Assembly: GCA_033977065.1 (NCBI GenBank)
Contig: JAXCHI010000002.1
Coordinates: forward strand, 192,001-256,000
DNA: 64,000 bases
Origin: Candidatus Algichlamydia australiensis
GTDB lineage: Bacteria > Chlamydiota > Chlamydiia > Chlamydiales > JAJFMI01
Direction: 5' to 3'
Every line of letters begins with the position of its first letter. The stretch's first letter is position 1. Of the stretch, positions 10,015 to 19,114 are shown piece by piece. The position numbers and the translations under genes are program-made. The notes beneath the pieces were generated by a model. The model was given only the letters and a program-made list of their open reading frames with translations, was not told where the DNA came from and ran no database searches.

Positions 10015-10631
10015 GTCTGACTTGTGCGGTGCTTTTTAAAGAGAAACTGAAAGGAGCCTGATGGCGCTTGCAACTGTTGTTCGAGTAGTTTTGGAAAAGC
10101 GTGCATTCGGCGGTTCAGATCTTTTTCCGTCCAAGAGTAGATTCCCTTATCAGTAAGAAATTGAACTGCAGAGAGGATAAATTCTGCGCATTCAAGAGGG
10201 GTTTCGGTCTTGAACACCCCCTCATCACACCCTTGTTGGATGATCTCTGCATAAAGTGGAGCTTGTTTAATTAACGCATGAGCAAGTAGGCGACTATGCA
10301 TGGCACTATTCGCAGGTTTGTGGAGCCCATCCAATACAGCTCTATTTTCTTCGGAAATATTTCCGGTGCTTACGAGTAGTTGGAGCTTTTGCAAGGCATT
10401 TTTTTGAGACCCCTCAATTAGAGATCTCATATGGGTCACATTTTCTCCAACAATCTCTTCGATCACGGCTTCAAATAGTGCTTCTTTGGATTCAAAATAA
10501 TGGTATATAGTTCCTTTGGCTATATCGAGCTCTTTCATGATTTTCTGCATCGTCATATTTTCGTAGCCTTTGGAATCAAAGAGGTGACGAGCTGCCTTAA
10601 TGATCTCTATTTTTCGCTCAAGTTTTGCCAT
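10011..10631 (-). CDS. TetR/AcrR family regulator
   Basis: HTH IAKGTIYHYFESKEALF; divergent from the monooxygenase. Confidence 0.9.
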   Translation of the reverse strand: MAKLERKIEIIKAARHLFDSKGYENMTMQKIMKELDIAKGTIYHYFESKEALFEAVIEEIVGENVTHMRSLIEGSQKNALQKLQLLVSTGNISEENRAVLDGLHKPANSAMHSRLLAHALIKQAPLYAEIIQQGCDEGVFKTETPLECAEFILSAVQFLTDKGIYSWTEKDLNRRMHAFPKLLEQQLQAPSGSFQFLFKKHRTSQT

Positions 10632-10670
10632 GGCCACAGTATAGCAAAATTAAATCATCTTTACCAGTTG

Positions 10671-10683
10671 ACCGACGGTCGGT
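10671..10683. promoter_or_regulatory. Probable TetR operator overlapping a -35 box
   Basis: Palindrome ACCGAC-G-GTCGGT overlapping TTGACC (10668-10673) in the divergent intergenic region. Confidence 0.6.
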
Positions 10684-10704
10684 TTGTGTGATATCCTTTT
10701 AATT

Positions 10705-11859
10705 ATGAAAATATTAATATCAGGCGCTGGGATTGCCGGCCTTACACTTGCCTATTGGCTTAAAAAGCGTGGTTTTACTCCAACAGTCGTTGAGAAACAT
10801 CCTTGTTTGAGAAAAGGAGGATATAAAGTTGATGTGCGTGGCGCAGCTATTGAGGTTGTAAAACGAATGGGAATCCATCAAAAGCTTCTCGATGCAAACG
10901 TCAACATTTTGCATTCAAAATTTGTCACATCAAACGGTAAAATATTTGAATTTGATGGTGATATTACAGGTTTGTCATCAGAAGGAGAGATTGAAGTGAA
11001 TCGCTGGGATCTTTCTCGAATCATTTCAGAAACACTAGATGGAATTGAGATGATTTTTCACGACGCAATTACAAAGATAGACGCAGAAAAGATGGTCTAT
11101 TTTGAGAAAAGCTCACCTAGAGAATTTGATCTTGTTATTGGAGCCGATGGTCTTCGCTCCAACGTGAGAAGATTAGCATTTGGGGAAGATTCAAAATTTT
11201 TAAAGGAGTATGGAATCCATTTTTGTATCTATCCAATTAAAAATATTTTTGATCTTGATCGTACGGAGCTTGTCTATTTTGACAAGGGAAAATTAGTATC
11301 AGCATACGCAGTAAATAATAATTCACTTGCTGCTCTCGCATATAAATCTGAGAAAAACAGAGCATTGTCGTGCGAAAATCCAAAAGCAGTATTTGAGGAG
11401 CAGTTTAAAGATTTAGGCTGGGAGATCCCATGGTTTTTGAATGCGATGAAAGCAAGCGATAATTGTTATTTTGACTCATTAGCGCAAGTCAGCATGCCTT
11501 GTTGGTCTAAAGGGCGAGTTGCCTTGGTAGGAGATGCTGCTTATGCAGCTTCTGGAGCCTCTGGAATGGGGACGAGCATGGCCATCGTTGGAGCATACGT
11601 TTTAGCTCGTGAAATAGAGTTAGTTAAAGGAGATTATAGAATAGCTTATGCTAACTATGAAAAGTCGATTTGGGAATATGTCGAAAAGGGACAGAAGCTT
11701 GCAGAGTCAAGTAACCGGATGATGACAAGAAAATCATCTTCAATACTTGTTAAGAGTCAGCTCTATCTAATGAAATTGATGCCAAAAAAATTCTTCCACT
11801 TCTGGGCAAAAGTAGGAAGGCGGCGCATGAGAAAAGTAGCCGATTCGATTTCGTTGTAG
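10705..11859 (+). CDS. FAD-dependent monooxygenase
   Basis: ILISGAGIAG, VIGADG..S.VR, LVGDAAY; start taken at MKILISG. Confidence 0.9.
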   Translation: MKILISGAGIAGLTLAYWLKKRGFTPTVVEKHPCLRKGGYKVDVRGAAIEVVKRMGIHQKLLDANVNILHSKFVTSNGKIFEFDGDITGLSSEGEIEVNRWDLSRIISETLDGIEMIFHDAITKIDAEKMVYFEKSSPREFDLVIGADGLRSNVRRLAFGEDSKFLKEYGIHFCIYPIKNIFDLDRTELVYFDKGKLVSAYAVNNNSLAALAYKSEKNRALSCENPKAVFEEQFKDLGWEIPWFLNAMKASDNCYFDSLAQVSMPCWSKGRVALVGDAAYAASGASGMGTSMAIVGAYVLAREIELVKGDYRIAYANYEKSIWEYVEKGQKLAESSNRMMTRKSSSILVKSQLYLMKLMPKKFFHFWAKVGRRRMRKVADSISL

Positions 11860-11962
11860 TCACATATCTGTTTGCTAACGCTCCTTACGAAACCAATAGG
11901 TTTCGTTGCGTTACGTTTACAAAAATCTAAGCAATTTTGCGGGCTTTTTGTAATGCAAAAAT
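11860..11962. repeat. Family B palindromic repeat, diverged partial copy
   Basis: cgctcctt-ACGAAACC aata GGTTTCGT-tgcg...aaaaatctaagca...tttttgtaatg aligns with 14843-14947. Confidence 0.7.
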
Positions 11963-12199
11963 ATTGCCAATAGAGTTAAGCTACATATCAGCTCTTCTTC
12001 TATTTTTGCTCCATTTGTATAACAAAAAATATTGTAAATGTTTCAATAAATCTTGTTGTAAGAGTGGCTGTGAGTAAAAATATTTATCAAGCTGTTTTTG
12101 CAGTAAGGCTCTGTGCTCGATAAAAATTTTGCCCAAAGTGAATCGCAACCAAATTGAAGCAATGCTGTTTCAAGCGATGAGTTCATAGCTCATCGGCCT

Positions 12200-12241
12200 A
12201 TGAACCTATCTCACTAAAATTGTTTTATAAGATAGGTTCAT
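12200..12241. terminator. Inverted repeat downstream of ankyrin gene (probable terminator)
   Basis: ATGAACCTATCT / AGATAGGTTCAT 12-bp perfect inverted repeat. Confidence 0.5.
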
Positions 12242-12270
12242 GTGTGAAGAGGGGAATCGAAAAGGGTTAT

Positions 12271-13563
12271 TTAATTTACAAGTTCTAGATATTTGATTCG
12301 TTTTTGGAATATTTTTTTGGTATGACTTGTTTGGCAGTAATCGACTGGTTGTTTGCCACTTTTGTCTTTTGCCGTTAGATCTTCTAAGTCACCAGTTAAA
12401 AGTAAAACTTTTTCGATATAACTTGAATTATCAGAAGGGCCTTTTTTTCGCATAGCGACATAGTGAAAAATCGATTGACCAGATTTAGTTTTAATTTTAA
12501 CAAGGCTAGTAGATTTCTTAAGAAGAGTTTCAACCAATTTCAGTGTGCAGTATTTTACAGCTAGATGTAACGCTGTTTCACCCTTGTTATTTTGGATATT
12601 TAATAGGGGATCAGTGGCTAGTAATAGTTTGCACAATGTAGTCATGCCGCCGAAGGTTGCTCTATGAAGGGGTGTATTTCCAGTTTTTGGGTCTTGACTA
12701 TTTGGGTTCGCGCCTTTTTTAAGCAAGTACTTTACCCCTTCTTGCCATCTAGCAGTTACAGCCTTTCCTAAAAGCTCGTCTAAAGTTTTTTCTTTGTGGG
12801 ATTCGTTTGTTCGTTCAATGTAGTCTTTAAGTTTTGAGATGTTTTTTTCGCTTACATTGAAAGTTTGTTTTTTTGAGGCGTAGTCAGCGGGCAGCTTGCC
12901 TGATTTGTCTCTAACAAGAACAGAGTAAGGATTCATTTTTATAATTTTTTTTACGACTGTTAGTGATCCATAAACTGCGGCAAGGTGTAGTGCTGATTTT
13001 CCTTCGAGATTTACAGGTAAAGAGAGTGATGCATTCTTCTCTATTAATAGAAAAAACATCTCTTTATACGTAGCAAATTTTGAGCAATTGATAGCTGAAG
13101 AACCTGTCTCCTTGTCAATCCAGTTAGGATCAGCTCCATTTTCTAACAATAGTTTTGCGCCTTTCTTCCAATTTTCTTTAATTGCGCTATGTAGTGCAAT
13201 TCCTAGGTAATTGCTACTCTTTGCCAATTCATTAATTTTGGTGGCTAATAGTTCGCTATCTTTAGCGCAAATAGCTCTATAAACTTCAGGAAAAGGTTCT
13301 TTTAATTTTTTCGAATATTGTGAACTGACTTTTCTAGATTTAGAGGGAGGGCGATCTTCATCTTCTGAAGGCTTAGGACAAATTAAATTTTGAATTTCAG
13401 AAGGATCAAGGCTAAAAAATGGATTATCTAAAATATCATCTGAAATTCTTTCTGAAAATGTTCTTGTTCCCAGAATAGATGGGGGTGGAAGTTCTTCTTG
13501 GAGATCGAACTCGATTGGTTTAAAAGGTTCATGTGCAATTGAACCAATGGGTGTAATATTCAT
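12271..13563 (-). CDS. Ankyrin repeat protein (candidate effector)
   Basis: GKSALHLAA, GNTPLHRA, GETALHLAV, GADPN/GANPN; low-complexity N-terminus. Confidence 0.88.
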   Translation of the reverse strand: MNITPIGSIAHEPFKPIEFDLQEELPPPSILGTRTFSERISDDILDNPFFSLDPSEIQNLICPKPSEDEDRPPSKSRKVSSQYSKKLKEPFPEVYRAICAKDSELLATKINELAKSSNYLGIALHSAIKENWKKGAKLLLENGADPNWIDKETGSSAINCSKFATYKEMFFLLIEKNASLSLPVNLEGKSALHLAAVYGSLTVVKKIIKMNPYSVLVRDKSGKLPADYASKKQTFNVSEKNISKLKDYIERTNESHKEKTLDELLGKAVTARWQEGVKYLLKKGANPNSQDPKTGNTPLHRATFGGMTTLCKLLLATDPLLNIQNNKGETALHLAVKYCTLKLVETLLKKSTSLVKIKTKSGQSIFHYVAMRKKGPSDNSSYIEKVLLLTGDLEDLTAKDKSGKQPVDYCQTSHTKKIFQKRIKYLELVN

Positions 13564-13570
13564 GTCATTT

Positions 13571-13599
13571 ATTATATAATCAAATAACAATAAAAGCAA
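13571..13599 (-). promoter_or_regulatory. Sigma66-type promoter, leaderless arrangement
   Basis: TTGCTT-17 nt-TATAAT-7 nt-ATG. Confidence 0.65.
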
Positions 13600-13660
13600 T
13601 TAAATTTTTAATTATTTAATTTTTTATAAATAAATGTAAAAATTATTTTTTGAAAAATTA

Positions 13661-13726
13661 CCACTCTCAAAATCGTTTTTTACAGACAAAAACGCCGCAG
13701 AGCCACTCATCTTTTTTTGCTTGCTC
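13661..13726. repeat. Family B repeat, left arm only
   Basis: ttacagacaaaaacgccgcagagccactcatcttttt matches 14821-14857 with one mismatch. Confidence 0.8.
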
Positions 13727-13880
13727 TAGCTCTCTCTATCAGCAAAGACAATCATTCCTTCAGACATGAAGTCGGCAAGTTTAGGATGGAAGGGATCTAG
13801 CTGCTTCCTAAATTCAGGATGTTCTCACCTATTTGAAATTTTTTAAATCTGTATTTGATGAAACAAGGCCTAGTACTCTT

Positions 13881-14558
13881 TCACCTTTGTTTCTTCGAAA
13901 CATAGTCAACGGGTAGCTTACCGTATATGTCTCTCTCAAAGAGGGACAAAGGAGCTTTTTCTATAATTTTTTTAACGACTTCATGTGAGTTAGAGGCTGC
14001 TGCAAGGTGTAGTGCTGATTGTTTTTGGCGATTTAGGGGTAAAAAGAGGGATGCATTCCACTTTAGTAATAGAAAAAACATTTCTTTATGTGTAGCAAAT
14101 TTTGAGCAATTGATAGCTGAAGAGCCTGTCTCCGGATCTCTCCAGTTAGGATCAGCTCCCTTTTTTAACAGCAGTGCTGTGCCGCTCTTCCAATTTTTTT
14201 TAATTGCAGAATGCAGTGCAACTTCTAGGTAGTTACTATTATTTACTAATTCATCAATTCCGGTGGCTAATAGTTTGACATTTTTAGTGCAAATAGCTCT
14301 ATAAACTCTAGGAGCAGGTTTTTGTAATTTTTTCCAATATTGTGAATTGGTTTTTCTAGATTTGGAGGGAGGGCTATTTTCGTCTTCTGAAAGTATAAGA
14401 TAAGTTAAATCTTCAATCTCAGAAGAATCAAAGTTAGAAAGTAGACTATCTACAGTTCTTTGTGAAAATGTTCTTGACCCTAGAATAGATTGGGGCGAGG
14501 CTCCTCCTTGGAGATCGGGCCTTATTGTTTTAAGGGAATTAGTTGGCAAAATATTCAT
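13881..14558 (-). CDS. Ankyrin repeat protein, truncated paralog of 12271-13563
   Basis: Shares PPSKSRK, VYRAIC, ALHSAIK, GADPNW, ETGSSAINCSKFAT; stops after GKLPVDY. Confidence 0.8.
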   Translation of the reverse strand: MNILPTNSLKTIRPDLQGGASPQSILGSRTFSQRTVDSLLSNFDSSEIEDLTYLILSEDENSPPSKSRKTNSQYWKKLQKPAPRVYRAICTKNVKLLATGIDELVNNSNYLEVALHSAIKKNWKSGTALLLKKGADPNWRDPETGSSAINCSKFATHKEMFFLLLKWNASLFLPLNRQKQSALHLAAASNSHEVVKKIIEKAPLSLFERDIYGKLPVDYVSKKQR

Positions 14559-14565
14559 GTCATTT

Positions 14566-14594
14566 ATTGTATCATTAAATAATAATAAAATCAA
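14566..14594 (-). promoter_or_regulatory. Sigma66-type promoter, leaderless arrangement
   Basis: TTGATT-17 nt-TACAAT-7 nt-ATG. Confidence 0.65.
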
Positions 14595-14676
14595 TCAAAT
14601 GGTGTTAATGTTTTAATTTTCGGTGTTTTTAATAAAAAAAATATTTAAAAAATTTTTTTAAAATTAAAAATTCATA

Positions 14677-14799
14677 GGGTTGCTCATTTTTTTTGACTAA
14701 TGTTCCTTGTCAAACCTCAAAAGATTTGAATTTGTCGCATTAGCAATAAAACTTAAGCATCTGTGCGGGCTTTTATTATGTAAAATAATTTTTGGAGGT
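14677..14799. repeat. Family B repeat, degenerate copy ending in a duplicate of the tmRNA 3' end
   Basis: taagcatctgtgcgggcttttattatgtaaaataatttttggaggt parallels 14912-14959. Confidence 0.7.
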
Positions 14800-14952
14800 T
14801 CCCACCCCCAAAGACAAATTTTACAGACAAAAACGCCGCACAGCCACTCATCTTTTTCCGCTCGCTCCTTGGTAAACCCTCGGGTTTACCTGCGTCGCGA
14901 TCGAAAAAATCTAAGCACCTGTGCGGCGTTTTTGTAATGTAAAATTTATCTT
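14800..14952. repeat. Family B complete palindrome abutting the tmRNA 3' end
   Basis: Arms aaattttacagacaaaaacgccgcacag / ctgtgcggcgtttttgtaatgtaaaattt; central GGTAAACC-ctcg-GGTTTACC. Confidence 0.85.
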
Positions 14953-15351
14953 TGGAGGTGGAGAGAATCGAACTCTCGTCCTCAGCTAGTTTCCTAGGTT
15001 TGACTACATGCTTATTGCCTTAAGTATTTAAGAACTCACCCTTATGTAAGACACCCCATGTAGAGCGAGCTCTATCCCATATGTGTCTTGAGAAAATGCC
15101 CTATGGAATACAAGCACTCCTCATACCAAGATAAATGACGATCGTACACGAACTCTCGGTCCGATTCTGTGTGGATCGCGCTTAGGATGTCGGGTTAGGA
15201 CGCTAAGCTATCGCTCAAGCTTAAGCAGCTAGAGCAAAATCGCAATTTTCTTCGCCAATTACAATGCTAGTCGGATGATTTAGGAGGCCAACCGACGTCC
15301 TCCGCATGCCAAAAAATAGGTAAGCTACCAAGTCGAAACCTGTTCACCCCC
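14953..15351 (-). ncRNA. ssrA: tmRNA
   Basis: 5' GGGGGTGAACAGGTTTCGAC; 3' GAGAGTTCGATTCTCTCCACCTCCA with G3-U pair; tag frame 15256-15221 GEENCDFALAA*. Confidence 0.95.
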
Positions 15352-15520
15352 ATCTGTAATTATACCAGAAAAAACCTGTACAAGCAAACTAGCAACTGGT
15401 TAACAATCAGTAAGTTAGACTGGTGTTAGTTGGTGCTTTCACGGTTTTTCTGAAATTAGTGTAGGTTTTTGGGCTTTTTTTGGGTAGGACAAAAGCCTAA
15501 TTTTTAGTAAGATAAGGGCT

Positions 15521-18500
15521 ATGTTTACGACCGAAAAAGAGAGTTTCTCAAGCCGCGAAGAGCGCATTCTTAACTTGTGGAAAGAAAAAGATATTTTTAA
15601 AAAGTCAGTGGAGAACCGGAAGGGTTCAAAACTATTTTCCTCCTATGATGGCCCCCCGTTTGCCACGGGGTTGCCCCACTATGGCCATATTTTAGCGGGT
15701 ACGATTAAAGATGTTGTTTTGCGCTACAAGACGATGCAAGGGTTTTATTTGCCAAGGCGTTTTGGTTGGGACTGTCACGGTTTGCCGGTGGAAAATGAGA
15801 TTGAGAAGGCGAAGAATTTGGGTGGAGCGCCCTCAATTGAAAAATTTGGGATTGGCAATTTCAATGAGGAGTGTCGCAGCATTGTTTTCCGCTTTGTTGA
15901 GGAGTGGAAGAAGACGGTTGATCGGATGGGGCGCTGGGTCGATTTTGATCAGACGTATAAGACGATGGATCCGACCTATATGGAGTCGGTCTGGTGGGTC
16001 TTTTCTGAACTTTGGAAAAAGGGTTTGGTCTATGAGGGGTTTAAGGTGATGCCCTTTTCAGCAAAATTGGGAACCCCACTTTCTAATTTTGAAGCGAATT
16101 TAAACTACCGCGATGTAGATGATCCTTCGTTGACGGTTGCGATGCCTCTGAAAGAGGATGAGAATACGAGCTTATTGATCTGGACAACGACCCCTTGGAC
16201 GCTGATTTCAAACTTGGCCGTGATTGCCAATCCAAAGATGCGTTATGTCAAGGTAGAGAAAGAGGGGCGTTTCTATATCTTGGCTAAGAGTCGTTTGGAG
16301 CACTATTTTGAGGGGGCAAAGGCTGTAGAAGAGTTTTCTGGAGAAGACCTTGCTGAAAAAGAGTATTTACCGCCATTTGAATATTTTTCTGATCGTGCTG
16401 GGTTTCGCGTTCTGCTGGATGAATTTGTGGGCGAGGAAGATGGCACAGGTCTTGTGCATGCTGCGCCTGCGTTTGGAGAGATGGACTTTTTTGTCTGCAA
16501 GCGTGAGGGGATTGAACCAGTCTGTCCGATTGATCAGAATGGAAAGTTTACAAGTGAGATTCCTGAGCATGAGGGCCAGTTTGTCAAAGAGGCAGATAAA
16601 GCGATTATCAAACGTTTGAAAGAGGCGGGTAGGGTTTTTGATCATGGGACGATTCGTCACAGATACCCGTTCTGTTGGCGCTCTGATAGTCCTCTGATCT
16701 ATCGCGCAGTGAGCACTTGGTTTGTCTCGGTGGAAAAAATTAAGGAGCAGTTGATCACGGCAAATGAAAAAATTCATTGGGTGCCGGGGCATTTGCAAAA
16801 GGGACGTTTTGGGAAGTGGCTTGAAAATGCGCGCGACTGGGCGATCTCTCGCAATCGCTATTGGGGTACACCGATCCCAATTTGGCGTGCAGAGGATGGA
16901 GAGTGCATTGCAATTGGGTCGAAAGAGGAGCTTGAGAAGCGTACAGGAAAGAAAATTGAAGATTTTCATCGCCACTTTATTGATGATCTGACGTTTGAAG
17001 AAAATGGCAAGACGTTTTCGCGAGTGTCGGAAGTTTTCGATTGCTGGTTTGAATCGGGATCGATGCCCTATGCGCAAAACCACTATCCCTTTGAAAATAA
17101 AGAGTTGGTTGAGGAGGGCTTCCCAGCTGAATTTATTGCGGAGGGGCTTGATCAGACTCGCGGCTGGTTTTACACGCTCAATGTACTCTCTGTAGCGCTT
17201 TTTAACAGGCCCGCTTTCAAAAATGTGATTGTCAATGGGATCTTGCTTGCCGAAGATGGCAACAAGATGTCCAAGAGCCTGAAGAACTATCCGGAGCCGG
17301 AAATTGTTTTTGAAAAATTTGGTGCCGATGCAGTAAGGCTTTATCTACTCAATAGCCCCGCAACGCATGGCGATGACTTGCGCTTTTGTGAAAAAGGCGT
17401 TGAGCAAGTGGTGCGAGGGATGCTTTTGCCTCTTTGGAATAGCTACTTTTTCCTTGCGACGTATGCAAAAATTTATGGCTGGCAGCCAGGCGCAGATCTT
17501 GAAAAGCCGGAGGCGGTCATTGATCGCTGGATTCTCTCTAAGCTGCAGACTTTGATCTCTGATGTGCAGAAAAGTATGGATGAGTACCAATTAAGCGATG
17601 CGGTTCCTCCATTTTTGCGATTCATTGATCAGGTGACTAATTGGTACATTCGCCGCTGTCGTCCGCGTTTTTGGGCGGATGAAGATTCATCTGATCGCCG
17701 AGAAGCGTTCCAAACACTCTATCAAGTTTTGCAGAGTTTAGTCCGCATTGCGGCGCCGTTCATTCCTTTTATCAGTGAGGCGATCTACCAAGGTTTGCGC
17801 AGAGAAAAGGATCCAGAGTCTGTTCACCTTACAGATTTTCCAAAAATGAATCCTAATATGCAGGATGAAAATCTTGAAAAAGAGATGGCTCTTGCGCAGA
17901 CAGCTGTGAGTCTGGGGCATGCTCTTCGCAAAGAGGAGCGTATGAAAGTGCGCCAGCCTCTACCAAAAGTCTTTTTAATTTCGTCCGACAAGCAAGTCTT
18001 GACTGCCTTAAAAAGCAGCGAAAATTTGATCCTAGATGAGCTCAATGTTAAGGAAGTTGTCTACTCTGAAAATGAGAAAGAGTTTGTGGAAATCAAAGTG
18101 AAACCCAATTTCGCAGAGTTGAAAAAGCGAGCAGGTGCCAAAATGGGCCCAATTTGTAAAGCGGTTGGCTCGCTTTCAACAGAACAGGTTAACACCCTTC
18201 TTAATGGAAAATCTGTTGAGATCGAGGAAAATTTTGCTCTGACGGAAAAAGATCTTTTGATTGAGCGCAAAGTAAAGCAAGGTCTTGTCGCAAGTTGCGA
18301 AGGCGCACTAACTGTTGCTCTAGACTTGACCCTAAGTGAAGAGCTTAAACTTGAAGGTTTGGCCCGAGAAATTGTCAACAAGCTGAATACGATGCGTCGT
18401 GAAGCGAATCTTGAGGTTACAGATCGCATTGAGGTCCAGATAGAGGGTTCTGATCGCGTGAGCCAAGCGTATGAGCTGCATAAAGATTACATTTGTGGAG

Positions 18501-18598
18501 AAGCACTCGTAACAAAGTTAGAGATGGTTTCGAACACAGGTCAGGAGTGGGATTTGAATGGAGAAATGGCTAAAATAGCTATAAAAATAACTGCTTAG
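15521..18598 (+). CDS. ileS: Isoleucine--tRNA ligase (type 2, as typical of chlamydiae)
   Basis: DGPPFATGLPHYGH, GWDCHGLP, WTTTPWTL, EGLDQTRGWFY, KMSKS. Confidence 0.98.
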   Translation: MFTTEKESFSSREERILNLWKEKDIFKKSVENRKGSKLFSSYDGPPFATGLPHYGHILAGTIKDVVLRYKTMQGFYLPRRFGWDCHGLPVENEIEKAKNLGGAPSIEKFGIGNFNEECRSIVFRFVEEWKKTVDRMGRWVDFDQTYKTMDPTYMESVWWVFSELWKKGLVYEGFKVMPFSAKLGTPLSNFEANLNYRDVDDPSLTVAMPLKEDENTSLLIWTTTPWTLISNLAVIANPKMRYVKVEKEGRFYILAKSRLEHYFEGAKAVEEFSGEDLAEKEYLPPFEYFSDRAGFRVLLDEFVGEEDGTGLVHAAPAFGEMDFFVCKREGIEPVCPIDQNGKFTSEIPEHEGQFVKEADKAIIKRLKEAGRVFDHGTIRHRYPFCWRSDSPLIYRAVSTWFVSVEKIKEQLITANEKIHWVPGHLQKGRFGKWLENARDWAISRNRYWGTPIPIWRAEDGECIAIGSKEELEKRTGKKIEDFHRHFIDDLTFEENGKTFSRVSEVFDCWFESGSMPYAQNHYPFENKELVEEGFPAEFIAEGLDQTRGWFYTLNVLSVALFNRPAFKNVIVNGILLAEDGNKMSKSLKNYPEPEIVFEKFGADAVRLYLLNSPATHGDDLRFCEKGVEQVVRGMLLPLWNSYFFLATYAKIYGWQPGADLEKPEAVIDRWILSKLQTLISDVQKSMDEYQLSDAVPPFLRFIDQVTNWYIRRCRPRFWADEDSSDRREAFQTLYQVLQSLVRIAAPFIPFISEAIYQGLRREKDPESVHLTDFPKMNPNMQDENLEKEMALAQTAVSLGHALRKEERMKVRQPLPKVFLISSDKQVLTALKSSENLILDELNVKEVVYSENEKEFVEIKVKPNFAELKKRAGAKMGPICKAVGSLSTEQVNTLLNGKSVEIEENFALTEKDLLIERKVKQGLVASCEGALTVALDLTLSEELKLEGLAREIVNKLNTMRREANLEVTDRIEVQIEGSDRVSQAYELHKDYICGEALVTKLEMVSNTGQEWDLNGEMAKIAIKITA

Positions 18599-18615
18599 TT
18601 ATTTTTCGTCTCCTT

Positions 18616-18696
18616 CTCGCTGCGCCAAATCGAATCTCAGCCGTCGTGCCGTACGCAGTACTGCCACGCCGTCAGATATCCAATTTTGCTTTGCGA
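18616..18696. repeat. Family C palindromic repeat (diverged)
   Basis: ctcgctgcgccaaat...gtgccgtac-gca-gtactgccac...gctttgcga, related to 47381-47463. Confidence 0.6.
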
Positions 18697-18800
18697 TAAG
18701 AACCCGCTGTAGCCGCTTCGCGCAGTGCGAGTTTTTTTTGCAGTCGCTTCGCGTATCAATAAATCTACTTCAAACTAAGAACCTGCTGTAGCCACTTCGC
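18697..18800. repeat. 25-bp direct repeat pair
   Basis: taagaacccgctgtagccgcttcgc (18697-18721) and taagaacctgctgtagccacttcgc (18776-18800). Confidence 0.75.
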
Positions 18801-18845
18801 TCGGTATGAGCTTATTACGATTGTTTTGCTCTTTTGTAGTTGCCT

Positions 18846-18893
18846 CCTTGATTTTTGACCAAATAAAAAAATATTTACCTTGATTTTTGACCA
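18846..18893. promoter_or_regulatory. 16-bp direct repeats upstream of an ATPase remnant (possible operator)
   Basis: CCTTGATTTTTGACCA at 18846-18861 and 18878-18893. Confidence 0.5.
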
Positions 18894-18937
18894 TGAAGGT
18901 ATTGATTTAACCTTGAAATACAACCATGGGTAGTCAT

Positions 18938-19110
18938 GTGAAGCGTTTAGTTGTTTGGATTTCGTAAAATTAAATTTTAGGATTACAAAAAAAAGTAAAA
19001 TTTACCTTTGAAAAGGGCCTCGACTCAAAACGAGTTGTTAAAGAGTTATCCTTTGCAATGAGAGAAAAAATTACTCCAACTGAAACTCTCTTTGTTTTTG
19101 ATGAAGTAGT
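18938..19110 (+). pseudogene. Remnant of an AAA_14/DUF4143-type ATPase
   Basis: KVKFTFEKGLDSKRVVKELSFAMREKITPTETLFVFDEV ends at a Walker B-like motif; no intact ORF. Confidence 0.55.
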
Positions 19111-19114
19111 GACT

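Noticed and set aside
12243..12262. GAGGGGAATCGAA as a distal att copy of the tmRNA T-arm
   Set aside because: Match is short and lacks the acceptor-strand portion
14707..14937. 76-aa ORF near tmRNA, and similar ORFs at 20983-21174, 47416-47664 and 56413-56892
   Set aside because: They run through palindromic repeats and show no protein features
16367..17083. Long antisense ORFs inside ileS, tuf, rplA, rpoB and the LRR gene
   Set aside because: Shadow frames of well-supported genes
15521..18598. Type 2 (eukaryote-like) IleRS as an acquired resistance gene
   Set aside because: This form is the normal chlamydial enzyme and sits in its usual gene context
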